64,000 nt of DNA from TPA_inf: Saccharomyces (taxonomy: Eukaryota): contig BK006938.2 of NCBI GenBank assembly GCA_000146045.2, positions 992,001-1,056,000 of the forward strand, given 5' to 3'. The translations under genes were made by a program, and so were the position numbers. The first letter of the stretch is position 1, and each line of letters opens with the position of its first letter. Under the pieces are notes generated by a model. The model saw only the letters and a list, made by a program, of their open reading frames with translations, ran no database searches and was not told where the DNA came from. Of the stretch, positions 51,146 to 63,892 are shown one piece after another.

Positions 51146-53011
51146 TTAAGACATTAATGTATTAACAGCCCATTTTACGCTTAATGTCCTCAAATCGGTA
51201 TAGGTTTGTCCCACGCCAACGAATAAGATAGGAATCCCCGTAGCATAAACCATATTTACCATAGTACCCAGCATTTCACCAACTGTGTCACACTTGGAGA
51301 TAATAAAGAAGTCAAGATTTCTTCCCTTTCCGAAGGCATCATTAAAATTTTTGGCTTGCTGGACAGAATCAGTACCTACTAAAGCCTCTCCAACCATAAT
51401 GATTTTATCTGGCTTGGCTTGGTCAGCGAAAGACTTCAATGGCGACATTAAAGTAGGATCATTATGCCTTCTCCCGGCAGTATCCATTAACACTATATCG
51501 AAGTTTTGATCACGAGAATATTTGATGGCTTGCTTTGCAATTTTGGTTACCAAGTCAGATCCACCATAACCAGCTTCAAATAGTTCAACGTAGTCATTAC
51601 CAGTTTTACCCCTTTTGTTCTTGGAGCCACGAACGTGTGAATCATCCATTAGCTGTGCCAAATTTTCAACATGGACCCTTAGTTGCTCAACTGCACCAGA
51701 CCTAAACGTATCACAAGCAACAATTAAGACCTTGAAATTATTTTGCAGTAACCAAAACGCTAGCTTTGAAAGATTTGTTGACTTACCAACACCATTAACA
51801 CCAACTATAGAGAACACATAGGGATCACATTTACCTTCTTCATCCTTTTTGCTTCTTTTGCTCTGAATTTCACGGAGGAGATCAACGGATACACCAGGCG
51901 TTAATATTTGAGTTAATGCTTTTGTTAAAGATTCACGAGCAGTATTCTCAACACTGGTCCAATTTGCAGTTTTTGAGCCTACAAGATCATGTGAGACTTG
52001 CTGTGTTAAATAGTCTGCTGCCTCTGGTGCTACATTTTTGGTTATCAATTGTTGTGTTAACTTCTCTAATACAGATTTCAAATCACTTTCATTGATCGTT
52101 TTGTTACCTAGAACGTGTTTTTGAAGGAATCCAAAAGCTGTACTGACGTATCCAGAATTTTTAGCTTCGTTCCCACTAGTTATCTCGTCTTTATGAGAAG
52201 ACAAAAGATCATCAATTTCTTTGATTAAGAAATCGCCTCCTTCTGTTCTATCCCCAAAAGAATCTTTATTAATAGTGGAGTCTAGAGCTACTTGGCTACT
52301 ATTGTGGCTGTTGGATGATGAGAAATCTAATTTGGCTGCATCTTCATGATTCATTTCATCAAGCATGCCACCATCACGGCCCCACTTTCTCCCACTACCA
52401 ACATTTCCTGTAGATTGCTTCTTACCTTTTGTATCCCTCAATTTTTTCTTGGTATTTTTATTATGCGATTGGGGTACTGATCCATTTTTGGTAAAATTAT
52501 CTGGATTGATATGGTCTTGTTTTATTGACTCTTCATATTTTATCCTAAAATATTGCTCAAATTTCTTCAGGTCGTCTTCAATTCCCTGAAGAATATCGAC
52601 GTAGTTATGCTTGTTCTTTTCGTTTTGGCCCTGACGATTTTTTAGAATGGATTCACTTAAATGCAATGAGTTCCAGAGTTTTAACACCAGTGCAAGTGTT
52701 TGTTGAGTTTCTTGATTAAGCTCTAAAGTCTGCTCGGCAAAAGTCACTACGAAATACAATTCTGGTTGCTTATTCAAATAAAATAGTGCATTAAATGAAG
52801 GAGAATTTTTGTGTTCGCTGTTGATTGTTAAAAGATTGAAATCAAATCCGTCTGTATTTGCGTTTGCAACACTTTCTTTTCTAGTTACTGGGGAAGTAAT
52901 CAGCTGGGATATAAAGCTGTTAATTTGTATTTCAGAAAACTTTTTTCCTAAACAGTTATATTGGTAAAGTACTTGACCTTGAGGGGTAAAGACTGCTAAT
53001 TGGTCGAACAT
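51146..53011 (-). CDS. SRP101: SRP101, the signal recognition particle receptor alpha subunit (621 aa from the MFDQLAVF start).
   Basis: An SRP-type GTPase domain is present (GVNGVGKST, DTAGR). The N-terminus reads MFDQLAVFTPQG. Confidence 0.88.
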   Translation of the reverse strand: MFDQLAVFTPQGQVLYQYNCLGKKFSEIQINSFISQLITSPVTRKESVANANTDGFDFNLLTINSEHKNSPSFNALFYLNKQPELYFVVTFAEQTLELNQETQQTLALVLKLWNSLHLSESILKNRQGQNEKNKHNYVDILQGIEDDLKKFEQYFRIKYEESIKQDHINPDNFTKNGSVPQSHNKNTKKKLRDTKGKKQSTGNVGSGRKWGRDGGMLDEMNHEDAAKLDFSSSNSHNSSQVALDSTINKDSFGDRTEGGDFLIKEIDDLLSSHKDEITSGNEAKNSGYVSTAFGFLQKHVLGNKTINESDLKSVLEKLTQQLITKNVAPEAADYLTQQVSHDLVGSKTANWTSVENTARESLTKALTQILTPGVSVDLLREIQSKRSKKDEEGKCDPYVFSIVGVNGVGKSTNLSKLAFWLLQNNFKVLIVACDTFRSGAVEQLRVHVENLAQLMDDSHVRGSKNKRGKTGNDYVELFEAGYGGSDLVTKIAKQAIKYSRDQNFDIVLMDTAGRRHNDPTLMSPLKSFADQAKPDKIIMVGEALVGTDSVQQAKNFNDAFGKGRNLDFFIISKCDTVGEMLGTMVNMVYATGIPILFVGVGQTYTDLRTLSVKWAVNTLMS

Positions 53012-53639
53012 AATCAATGCACTTATTGAACCGTGAATCTCCTATTGAAAAAAACTACTTGATGAAGTAGCTGAATATTATTCAAACTGTGAGAATACCA
53101 CAAATCTTTGGCTACAGATTAAACGCTGACGAAAAATTGGTTTATTTATTTCTATCTACTTATTGTACGACCTCAAATGTTTACGCAGTAGTTTCTGAAG
53201 TACGAGCAAAATTGCTCGACGATGATTTCGTTATTGTTTCCGGAAAAATTACCCAGCGCATAAAAAGTAAGCTTTCAGTACTTCTCTTTGATGATATTTG
53301 TACAGCAAAAGGGTATTTAGTAACGGAATAAATTTAATATATAAGAGTATAAATAACAAAAGACAATATAAATTGAAAAGTTGTAAATATTGAAAAGAAG
53401 GCTGCATTATTGTTTTATGTATTTTTGGGAAAAAATATATGACTTAACGAGGTCGAATAAAAAAATTTGGATGATGCCTTACCGGAACGTGGATTAAAAG
53501 GAGAAGTACAAAATTCATGCAGTTGTTAATGTTCGCAGGAAATAAAAACAAAGGGAAGGGATACTGAGGGGTGAAGCACAATCCAAAGAACGAAAGTGAA
53601 AAACAAGAAAAACAGCAATGACGATATTGGTAGAAGAGA

Positions 53640-56600
53640 TTATACCCTCTTCATGAATGGATTTAATGCACGGACGGTTAAACATGGCAAAGCCATCCCC
53701 ACCTCAGCTCTCAATAGAATAGGAATCTTTTGCAATTCATGTATTTCTTGTATATAGTTATCATTTTCAATTCTGGTTTCAGTAGTAGAAATGAATTTTT
53801 CTAAAGCATTTTGCTTGTTGTCGCTTGCAGATGGTAGCCTTAAATTTGGTACTGTTAGATGCAAATCGCTGAGTTCCTTACTCAATGGATCGCTGATCAA
53901 TGGTTCAGATTCCGCTTCTTTATCTAGTTCAATATTCGCAATCTCAGCGGCTGTGGATCTGAATTTGTTCTTAATGGAATTTCTATAGGATTTTGGATTT
54001 TTTTCATCTGCTGGTATAAAAGTTGCACTATCTACGCCGGGCTGCCAATGCAATTCCAAGACACGATTGGTACCATCAAACTCAGCTTTGATCAAAGGTA
54101 GTTGATCTCCATGAACTCTCTTTTCAATACCAAATTCTGGAATAAATACATCAAAGGAGGACTCGTAAACTTGTAAGACAGTAGCCATTGTTAATAATTG
54201 TCCTGTAGTATTTCCCATGTCGTTGATTGTTTTACACAACAATAGATGAATTGCTTGTTCCTGTGCTTGATAAGCACAGTCCTTTTTAAAATTACAATAT
54301 TCGGAGGTAATCTTCAAAGCTTCCATATCTTCGGTGTATGGAGTATCGTGGATAACGGCCTTTAATTGCCTATGAACGACATGATCAGCGTATCTTCTCA
54401 TTGGCGCTGTGAAATGTGTGTAGATAGGTAGGTTCAAGGCATAATGCCCATATTGGTCCGGGTCTACTTTGCCAGCAATAAAGTATCTAGCTCTTGGCAT
54501 GGTTTTAAACAGTAAAATTTCAATTCCGACTCTAACATCGTCATCTTTAATTTTTAGCACCCCTTTGATTAATTCATCCGCCGTATTGGTATCAAAATTG
54601 TAACCAAAATTTTGAATTTTCTTTCTAAATGACGCCATCTTGGTTGCAATGGGTTGCATCTGCCTTCTCAAAAGAGCTAGATCACCAAGTTTGGTGTAAA
54701 TTTTCTCTGCAACAGTGGAGTTGACCTTTCTTTTAATCTCATTAATTACAACAAAGCCTAAAGTTCTATCCAGGATGTTCAAGTCAACCTTAACTTTTTC
54801 GTCATCCAAGCTTTCCAATAAGGACAGGGTGGGAAGTAATGTAGCTTCTGGATCATTTATTCTTCTAGCATAAAATGATCTAGCAATTTCCTGTACAGTA
54901 GAGAGGTAGCTAGTGGGACTTCCAGTAGATAATTTTTCGTCTAATTGTTCTAAAGACAAGATGTTTGAGGGGGAAATTGTAGATTCGCCTACCCAAGTAG
55001 ATTTAATCCTTAAAGTAGATGAGTCTAGAGTGTAAACAACCGACAGCGTGGCTGATTCCTTGCCAGGGGCCAACGACAGTTCGTCGTTGAACGATTGTGG
55101 TAATAAATTGACAAGTTTTTGTGGCATGAACACCGCAGAGGACCTCTTTCTCGCACGCCTATCAACAGAGGAGCCTTCTTCAATATGGCTGGTCACATCA
55201 ACAACATGACAACCCAGCTCTAGGGTACCATTTCCGTTATTCCTGACATGTAAGGCAAATTCAGACACCCATCCAAGCTCGGAAATTGCAAAGATATTGT
55301 ACTCATTAGTGTCCGTAAAATTCCTCCTATATTCTAGACTTTCAGCCGTTAATGGTAGCGGCTGAAAACTTGGTTTTTCTTTTTGCGGATTTTTTTGATC
55401 CAAATATTCATTCGAAAGAAAATTGTTATCCCTTAAAATGGAATCAATTTCAGTATCAGGATCGTGAATATCTCCAAGTTCGGAAACTAAAATACCAAAT
55501 GGATGCAAAGATGTGATTGGCCAACGTTTAATAGAGGCAACGAATAACTTTTCGGAGTATTTATCAGCGTTTTCAACAAAGTCCTTTGGAGCTAATTCTG
55601 TAGGAATTGCAATTAATGGCACCTTCTTATCAGTAGGCTTGAACCAAGCAATTTTTGGGCTTTGTGGTGGTTTGTTATTGTCGCTATTAGCTTGTTGGGA
55701 TGGTCTCAACAAACCTAATGTACCGCTAAATAACTGACCAGGGATACGGTCCAAAACAGCAACGACATGGCCTGCGTAAAGTGGCTTATATTTATCGTTG
55801 ATTTCTTCTTCTTCAACTAATAACAATGACTGACCTTCAACTTCAACATCGTCATTTTTCTTTTGAGTTGGACGTTGTTTCAATGAACTTCTTCTCCTTA
55901 CTCCTGATTTGGTAGGAGATGATAAGGAATCACTATCATTATTGATAGTAGATGACCTCTTTCTTCTGACGGATAAATCATCCTTGCTTAGCGAATCAGA
56001 CGAGGAGGGAGAAGATAGAAAATTGTTGCTTGTTGCAGCAGTAACAGATGCATCGTTGTGGTAATCGTCACTACTGTTCAAAGGAATTAGATCGTGTTGC
56101 ATAGAGGCATCCTTTCTCCTCTTCTTTTCTTCCTTTTCTTTCTTGGACTCCCAAACATCGTCCACAACTAATAGTTCTACCGCGACTAAATCACCTTCAA
56201 GTGCTCTATTACGATCTTTGGAGCCGCAAATGTAAATATCCGCATCAAGAGCGCCATCTGTAGAGACCCAGGCATCCGATCTATTCTTTTTATTAACTCT
56301 TAATATACCAGCTACTAGTCTCCCTTCTTGGATTAGCTCTGGAATGTTGGCTTGGGGAAGGTAGGGTGCAAATAGGGACTTACGTCCACCTCCGTTATTA
56401 TTACCTTGTGAACTGAAACTATGAACTGATGAATTAGAGGCACGATGTTTGTGTCCCTGCTGAAATATCGCAGGAGGTTCTAAGGTATTGAAGGAATTGT
56501 AATCCCTTGAATTAGATCCTCTGTGGCGGAATGGAGAAAGCTGCTGTTGAGGTTGCTGTGATTGGTTTCTCCAGTTGGAATTAATGCCTGGAGAATATTC

Positions 56601-57392
56601 ATTGTTTCTTGTCTTTGAACGGCGGTGCGTTGAAGAGGTTGCTATGAATTCATCGTCATTATCCCCGTGAGAGTTTGGAGGAAATTTGAAAGAGGGAGGT
56701 GATAGGTTTGAAGTTGCGCGACGATGGCCCTGATGAGCATTTGGTGGTGGTGGAAATTTAAAATCAGATTGTTCTGTAGTAGAATTTGAGCCACTATCAG
56801 CTTGAACAGAATCTATCTTCACAGTTACGCCTGCTTCACCCCCAGATATTCTTTTAGCTTGTTCTTCCGCAGCAGCCTTTTTCGCTTCATTTAGACCTAA
56901 AGAATGTCTTCTGGAATGGCCATATATGCTGGATTGTGAACTCGTCTTTCTGTGTGAGTTAGACCCAGGATTATTGCTATTGTTATTGTTATCATATGAA
57001 TTATGATAATATCCGGAGTTGTTCCTGGAGTGAGTTCTACTTCTGCTGCCACCTGCACTCATACCAGGTGAATTACCGTTTGAGTTGTAATGAGGGTGAG
57101 GCGGTTGAGGCGTGAAATGATTGTTAGAGCCAGAATTTCCTGACAGGTATTGTCCTGTCTGTTGTGCCAATTGCTGTTGCTGAGCCATCAACTGTTGCTG
57201 CTGTGCTTGAACTTGCTCCAACTGCTTCTGCAAAGTGAATTGTTCAATCATCAAATTTGTCAACTCACTTTGGGAACGTCTGTGTGCAACATGAATCTGC
57301 TTTGGGGCGTTTTTACCACCTCCTGTGGTTTGCACAAACATGTTATTTGGCTCTTGGGATCTATTGTTGTTAACGTTGCTATTTTTAGACAT
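53640..57392 (-). CDS. SSD1: SSD1, an RNase II-like (RNB domain) mRNA-binding protein (1250 aa).
   Basis: A Q/N/S-rich low-complexity N-terminus is followed by cold-shock and RNB domains. The length is 1250 aa. Confidence 0.9.
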   Translation of the reverse strand: MSKNSNVNNNRSQEPNNMFVQTTGGGKNAPKQIHVAHRRSQSELTNLMIEQFTLQKQLEQVQAQQQQLMAQQQQLAQQTGQYLSGNSGSNNHFTPQPPHPHYNSNGNSPGMSAGGSRSRTHSRNNSGYYHNSYDNNNNSNNPGSNSHRKTSSQSSIYGHSRRHSLGLNEAKKAAAEEQAKRISGGEAGVTVKIDSVQADSGSNSTTEQSDFKFPPPPNAHQGHRRATSNLSPPSFKFPPNSHGDNDDEFIATSSTHRRSKTRNNEYSPGINSNWRNQSQQPQQQLSPFRHRGSNSRDYNSFNTLEPPAIFQQGHKHRASNSSVHSFSSQGNNNGGGRKSLFAPYLPQANIPELIQEGRLVAGILRVNKKNRSDAWVSTDGALDADIYICGSKDRNRALEGDLVAVELLVVDDVWESKKEKEEKKRRKDASMQHDLIPLNSSDDYHNDASVTAATSNNFLSSPSSSDSLSKDDLSVRRKRSSTINNDSDSLSSPTKSGVRRRSSLKQRPTQKKNDDVEVEGQSLLLVEEEEINDKYKPLYAGHVVAVLDRIPGQLFSGTLGLLRPSQQANSDNNKPPQSPKIAWFKPTDKKVPLIAIPTELAPKDFVENADKYSEKLFVASIKRWPITSLHPFGILVSELGDIHDPDTEIDSILRDNNFLSNEYLDQKNPQKEKPSFQPLPLTAESLEYRRNFTDTNEYNIFAISELGWVSEFALHVRNNGNGTLELGCHVVDVTSHIEEGSSVDRRARKRSSAVFMPQKLVNLLPQSFNDELSLAPGKESATLSVVYTLDSSTLRIKSTWVGESTISPSNILSLEQLDEKLSTGSPTSYLSTVQEIARSFYARRINDPEATLLPTLSLLESLDDEKVKVDLNILDRTLGFVVINEIKRKVNSTVAEKIYTKLGDLALLRRQMQPIATKMASFRKKIQNFGYNFDTNTADELIKGVLKIKDDDVRVGIEILLFKTMPRARYFIAGKVDPDQYGHYALNLPIYTHFTAPMRRYADHVVHRQLKAVIHDTPYTEDMEALKITSEYCNFKKDCAYQAQEQAIHLLLCKTINDMGNTTGQLLTMATVLQVYESSFDVFIPEFGIEKRVHGDQLPLIKAEFDGTNRVLELHWQPGVDSATFIPADEKNPKSYRNSIKNKFRSTAAEIANIELDKEAESEPLISDPLSKELSDLHLTVPNLRLPSASDNKQNALEKFISTTETRIENDNYIQEIHELQKIPILLRAEVGMALPCLTVRALNPFMKRV

Positions 57393-58458
57393 AGTGTATA
57401 AAGATGGAATAATTGGGCCAAATCTTTGCGCTGAAAGGTTTTTGGTGTTCTGTTTTGCGATATTAAAGTGACAAAGAAAAAGATGGAACTTGGCAAATAC
57501 TATACGTTTATGAACCCTTGTCTTATTCTTCGTGCAGGCAACTTAGATTTCCCTTTGAAAAAAAGTTGTTTCTTTTAGAATAGTGGCTATGAAAAAAGTG
57601 CGCCTAATGCGGAAAAACGAGGCACCAGCTGTTCTAAAATAAGACCAAAATGTTTAGGGTACCAGAAAAATGGTATGGCGAAAATAAGCCTGGCAAGAAG
57701 ACTATGCAGATAACTTTGACTATTCCGGTTTTTAGGTTACCAAAGACAGAAGAAAGGATCGGTCCCAAAAAAAGGAAATAGCTTATAAGGGAAGTTGCAG
57801 AAAATGCGCTTGAGTAACAAAAAATGTTAGAACGTAGCAAATATTCTAAAAGGAATGACAGAAAAACTTCTTACCTTTCTAAAATATAATCTCTCCTATT
57901 TCTCAGCTAGGCTCAAAATTATAATTTAGAAATTATTGTTTGCACGGCAAAACTTCGTTCCTTTGCTGTTAGAAAATCAGTCGGTGTTGGACTCTTCGTC
58001 TTTTAAATTCTTGACAAGAGAAGAGTTTTTAAATGAAAAGAACTAACGAGAAAAAACCAGGGGAAGGAGGGAAAGAGCGAAAATACTCGTGATCTAAACT
58101 CTTTTAGGTTAGTTTTCGTTGGAGGCAGTGGTCTTAAGACGATGGTGAAAGAAAGGACTTATTTGTAGAAGGATTGTTTATTTAATCCTTGAACTAAACA
58201 AATGACAAACTCAGGTCTCTAGCGTTCCTGTTCGTGGCCTTTAATAACTTGATGGCAATGGTAGAAAGACACACCTGCGTTATATAAGTTTAGTTTTCCC
58301 TTCTTTTCCTTTCTCATCCCCTCGTGAAGCGACTCGGCCCCTTTGGTCAGAAAATTCAAGGTGATACAAGTCGTCGTCCGTGACATAGGATCAGGAATCA
58401 CAATCATCACATTGCACTCTCGTTCTTTAAATTATGTATGAGATTTGATTCTATATAG

Positions 58459-60228
58459 CTACTTGGTGGCGGTATCCTCTCCTGGACCCAACTTGTATAA
58501 TGCGTCTAGGAATCCCACAATCAATTTGTCTGCAACGCCAGCAGTTTTAACGCTCCCGGCGACACCATATAGAGCGCTAGTTCCGTCTGGGGATGGTTTA
58601 GAATTTGATTCGCTCTTCAACTCTTGCACGGTAGTACGTAAAATGTCGCAGATCTCATCCACAACATGAGCGCTCAATCTCGTGAAGGCCATGTGTAGTG
58701 CAACCGGCTTTTGTAGGGCATTGAAATGCCAGCCTTTCTTGGACAACCTGTCAGATAGTTCGTGTATGTTCAAGGTCTTTGAAGAAAATGAAATGACTGA
58801 ATATCTAGGGTTGCCCATTATATTCAGGTCTGGAATGTTTTCCTGGATGTATTTTTTAAACTTCATTGCTGCACCGACTATTTCTTGGCACGACTCAATG
58901 TACCCATTTTCACCCATGTTGACCATAGTGGCCCAACAACCTACGACAATAGCACCAGGCCTGGACCCTGCTAATGTAGGAGAGCCATATAACCCGCCAG
59001 TCCAAGCAGGATTTACGTAATACTGATGCATTCGTAAGTCGCTGTTTCTATACATTATAACTGACGAGCCTTTTGGTGCAAATCCATATTTATGAGTGTC
59101 ACATGATATTGAGGTGACTCCCGGGACTCTAAAGTCAAGTAATGGCAGATTTTTGTAACCAGCCTTTTCCATAAATGAAACAATAAAGGAACCTAGACAA
59201 CTGTCGACGTGTAAAGGAAGTTTATATTTTTGTGCTATTTTACCCAATCCTTCAATATCATCGGCAATACCATGAGGAAAGTTTGGAGCGGAACCGACCA
59301 GTAAAATTGTGTTCTTATTGATGAATTTTTTCACTTTTCCCAGGTCCACTTGATATGTCGTTGGATCTAGCTCCACGTGGCGTAGCTTCATGCCAAAGTA
59401 ATAAGCAGCTTTGTCAAACCCAGCATGTGCAGTTACGGGAGCAATTATTTCTGGTTCGGTGATTCCACGATGATGAAGGGCATACATTTTAGCGCTCAGA
59501 CATGCTAAAAGCAAGGATTCTGTACCACCTGAAGTTGTGGTACCACAACCTGTATCAGAAGGGGCATTAAACATTCTTAAAACCATAGAAACCACTTCGG
59601 ATTCCATTTTACGTACGGCAGGAAAGACATCGGGATGTAATTGATTGGCAACGCAATATTTTTCGTATGCGATTGTTTGTAAGTGGATCAAATCATCACC
59701 ACCGTGGTAAACGGCACCAGAGACCTTTCCTTCCTTCCATTGGGTATGTGGTATCAAGTCGTTCAATTTATTTAGCTCTTCAATAACATCATCCTGAGGT
59801 ATCCCATTGGATGGCAACTGTGGGAAATTCATTAACTGAGAGTCCGATCTAATTAGTTCGTCTTCGATCGATTGTTTGACCTTTGTGACTTCCTTTTCTA
59901 CGGTACCCCTCAAAAATGGTGAGTCCAATAACCAACGAAACAATCTTCTGGAACTATGCTCGTATGTTCTCACTGCTAACCTCACCGGCCCATAAACTTT
60001 CAACAGATAAAAAAAATTACTTATTAGCTTGTAACAAAAGATCACAAACAAATAATCCTTCAACATGTTGTACCATGGGGTATTTCTGAGGTAACCATGT
60101 ATGGCTATTTTTAATTCGTTGATGGTTAGAATCATAAACTGGGCAAAGTCGCCTTCTTCCCTTAGTAAATGAATTGGCATGCCATACCAACCATTAATTG
60201 ATACTGTTTTATTTGATACTCCACTCAT
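58459..60228 (-). CDS. DPL1: DPL1, a dihydrosphingosine-1-phosphate lyase (589 aa).
   Basis: A PLP-dependent decarboxylase fold with an N-terminal transmembrane segment. The length is 589 aa. Confidence 0.88.
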   Translation of the reverse strand: MSGVSNKTVSINGWYGMPIHLLREEGDFAQFMILTINELKIAIHGYLRNTPWYNMLKDYLFVIFCYKLISNFFYLLKVYGPVRLAVRTYEHSSRRLFRWLLDSPFLRGTVEKEVTKVKQSIEDELIRSDSQLMNFPQLPSNGIPQDDVIEELNKLNDLIPHTQWKEGKVSGAVYHGGDDLIHLQTIAYEKYCVANQLHPDVFPAVRKMESEVVSMVLRMFNAPSDTGCGTTTSGGTESLLLACLSAKMYALHHRGITEPEIIAPVTAHAGFDKAAYYFGMKLRHVELDPTTYQVDLGKVKKFINKNTILLVGSAPNFPHGIADDIEGLGKIAQKYKLPLHVDSCLGSFIVSFMEKAGYKNLPLLDFRVPGVTSISCDTHKYGFAPKGSSVIMYRNSDLRMHQYYVNPAWTGGLYGSPTLAGSRPGAIVVGCWATMVNMGENGYIESCQEIVGAAMKFKKYIQENIPDLNIMGNPRYSVISFSSKTLNIHELSDRLSKKGWHFNALQKPVALHMAFTRLSAHVVDEICDILRTTVQELKSESNSKPSPDGTSALYGVAGSVKTAGVADKLIVGFLDALYKLGPGEDTATK

Positions 60229-60622
60229 TGTATTAGATGGAAAAATCCCTTTACAGAAGCTAGCCTACTTGCTCGGTAAAGAGGATCTGGAATAGTTATA
60301 ACGGTTGGAGAGGCAAATTGAGGGTTTTATTTATATGTGTACTGAAAATATACCAATTTTTTCAATCAAAAAACCCCGATGCGGCCGGCCGGTATATATG
60401 GTAACTAACATGAAATAATGCACCAGAGTAGTTGATGAAATGTTTCTGAAGAATAAGGCGATAAACGATAGGCAACTGTGTAGATTTAAATATTTGGCCA
60501 ATCTCTATGTACTTTCTCTTTTTTTCCAGTGTCAAATACTTGTAGAAACAGTCTAATTCATTAAGAAAGTATATAAAATCTCTCTATATTATACAGGCTA
60601 CTTCTTTTAGGAAACGTCACAT

Positions 60623-62647
60623 TCATGTGTAATTAGGGGTATTGGATCTTGTTGATCTAAACCGTGTACCATTTGCGGCAGCTTTTTCCACCTGGACGTT
60701 GTTTTTGTTTTTTAAGTCGTACTGTCGGTTCATTAAGGTTATGTAATTCTTTAAGAATTTGTTTCTTGCTTTAAGCGACTGAAAATCATTCTGTAAACGT
60801 TCCAGCTCCTTCTTCAAGCTTTCTGTGGAAAATTTAGTCAGTGGACCATTAACTTCGTTTTCTAAAGACTTCATTGATTCTTGCAAAATTTTCAATGTTT
60901 GCGCGGACTCTGCGGCTTTTGAAGATTCTATTTGATATTTGGAACGTAGTTCATCATTGAGCTTTGATTTTTCCGCATTTGCTTGTTGGAGTTCCTTTAA
61001 CTTATTAAAAAGAGTCGCATTTTTGTCTATGTATTCCTTCAACTTGTCTGCTAAGGCAGATCCCTCTTCCAGATGATTTTCTGATGAAATAGTATTCGAG
61101 GGCAATTTGTTGAAATTCTCTAGTTCCTGCCTATTTTTCAGTAAGTGATTTATTTTATTTTGTAGCTTGGTAGATTCTGTCATCGCATGCTTCAACCTTT
61201 TTTCAGAGTCATTAATGGATTTTTCCACTTCTTGTTTTTTCTTGAATGTAAGACCAACAGAATTCTTTATTTCGTCCAACTGGTTCTGCCGTTGAGTTTC
61301 GTTTAATCGTTTCTCGTACAGTGGAACAGTGCCTTTGGCATACTCGTCCTGTATATCTCGCAATCTTATGACGGCTCTATGCATTAACTCTGTTTGGTAG
61401 GTTTTGATATCCAATGGTCCGTCCCAAAGGGGCAATTCTGTAGACGAATATTGCAATTTTGTTAATTGAGGCTGCCAAAACCCAGAATCGCTCGAATCTT
61501 TGGAGGCCTCATCTAACGTTATCAAATCCAAAACCGGTAAAATGTTATTGCAATCTTTCCCCTCTAAACAACACTTTACCAATTTAATATAATCAATCTC
61601 ACAGTTGTTCACCGGAGCATTCCTTGCTTGCAAAAAATATAGTAAGGAGGATTTGATCTCTTCATATTCTTGGCTATCATCGACATGACCGTTATTGCTC
61701 AAATGCGACGATTTAACACTTGAATTCTTGATTTCAGAATCTAACAAGTAATGATCTGGAGAATTTTGTACTAATAGCTTTATTATCGGAATATCCTTAT
61801 TGGCATTATTCCTCAGTACCTGCAAAGCGGGCAATTCAACTTCCAACATTGGATCAAAACTAATTATCATATCTATATCATAGTTAGCCAATAGGTATTG
61901 ATCGTGTTTGAGATGTTTGGTAGTGGCTAAAAACAGCCAGTCATCCGTATTTATTTTTCTTTTTTTCAGGTTTCTTTTCACTGAGTAATCATAGTCGTCC
62001 TTAGAATAACCTGTATAAGAGGTCGAATTGGAATTAGAGCTTGTGCTGCTTACAGAATTTGGTGTTCCATCTTTATTTATTGTGGAATCGACCGTAGGTA
62101 GATTAGGGAATTTGTGTTTCTCATTATAAAGAGATGTACCGGAAAGTCTCTTGGTTCTGAATTTCTTGCCTAATATTAAACCTTCTAGCAAATCTAATTC
62201 CTTTATGCTGTGTGCGATGATGGCACATTTTATAACTTCGTTTGGTGAGCCCTCTCTGTCTCTAAAGCATATCGAATTAATGAGCTGGTTGAGAACTTGA
62301 AACTTGTGGCTCCCAGCAATAGAGCTTTCCGTGGGCTCCATTCTCAAAAGCTGTCGAGGCATATAATGGTCCACTAGAAGGGAAGGATGATTGGCTATTG
62401 CTCTTATGTTTGAATCAAAGATATAGGTTAATTGCCTTTGTGATAGCGTTGGATACGGATGTGTTTCAGGGCCAGCAGGTAAGCCGGAAGGCTTGTTCAC
62501 TGCATCTGCCTGTGGTTCTCCTATTATGCTTGCTTTGAATGACTTGGCGTGCAGGGATATCAAAATTTCTGATAAATCCTTTTGAAATTGGGTTAGCGTT
62601 ACAGGTAAGTAATAGACTTTTAGTTTCTTAGAATTTTTCCTACTCAT
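60623..62647 (-). CDS. HDA2: HDA2, an HDA1 histone deacetylase complex subunit (674 aa from the MSRKNSKK start; the track ORF starts 12 codons earlier).
   Basis: A C-terminal coiled-coil is present. The position is syntenic and divergent from MHR1. Confidence 0.75.
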   Translation of the reverse strand: MSRKNSKKLKVYYLPVTLTQFQKDLSEILISLHAKSFKASIIGEPQADAVNKPSGLPAGPETHPYPTLSQRQLTYIFDSNIRAIANHPSLLVDHYMPRQLLRMEPTESSIAGSHKFQVLNQLINSICFRDREGSPNEVIKCAIIAHSIKELDLLEGLILGKKFRTKRLSGTSLYNEKHKFPNLPTVDSTINKDGTPNSVSSTSSNSNSTSYTGYSKDDYDYSVKRNLKKRKINTDDWLFLATTKHLKHDQYLLANYDIDMIISFDPMLEVELPALQVLRNNANKDIPIIKLLVQNSPDHYLLDSEIKNSSVKSSHLSNNGHVDDSQEYEEIKSSLLYFLQARNAPVNNCEIDYIKLVKCCLEGKDCNNILPVLDLITLDEASKDSSDSGFWQPQLTKLQYSSTELPLWDGPLDIKTYQTELMHRAVIRLRDIQDEYAKGTVPLYEKRLNETQRQNQLDEIKNSVGLTFKKKQEVEKSINDSEKRLKHAMTESTKLQNKINHLLKNRQELENFNKLPSNTISSENHLEEGSALADKLKEYIDKNATLFNKLKELQQANAEKSKLNDELRSKYQIESSKAAESAQTLKILQESMKSLENEVNGPLTKFSTESLKKELERLQNDFQSLKARNKFLKNYITLMNRQYDLKNKNNVQVEKAAANGTRFRSTRSNTPNYT

Positions 62648-63160
62648 GTCGATAGTATTGTATCTATTTTCTTTATTTTTCACACACTAATGAAGCCAAA
62701 TACTTTTACTACTACTTAAACGCCTTCAATCGTTCTCAATTCTGTCTTTTTAAAAAAAAAAATTTTTTGTTACCTCTCCTTTCTCGATGTTCTACTAGTT
62801 GTGGTTACTCTTCTGTGCCGCAATTATGTTATTTTAGTAGGACTGTATTTTTTTTTTTTCTTTTGTTGTCGCTTTTCTTATATATCTATATAACTATTTA
62901 TTTGGGCTGTAGAGAACTTTCTCAGGAAATATAAACTAGGAGACATTCGTGTAAGCAATGAACCATATACGCCACGGTTAAATTTCAGACGTGCATAAAG
63001 TTGATGATTCCTGTCAAGTTAACGACTCATTTTGTACGGTAGACGGGAAAAATACATTTCCTACAATATTCTCTTTTCCGATATTCAGATACTAAAGGAA
63101 AAAGTGAAAGTAAGGCTATATGATGAAATGTAGAGGAAACGGAAAGAGGAGATCCTGTGA

Positions 63161-63892
<732 letters not shown>

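Noticed and set aside
60381-60395. GCGGCCGGCCGG palindromic GC block (contains an FseI 8-cutter site) in the DPL1-HDA2 intergenic region.
   Set aside because: It is a short isolated palindrome with no flanking repeat structure. It is most likely chance or a minor promoter element.
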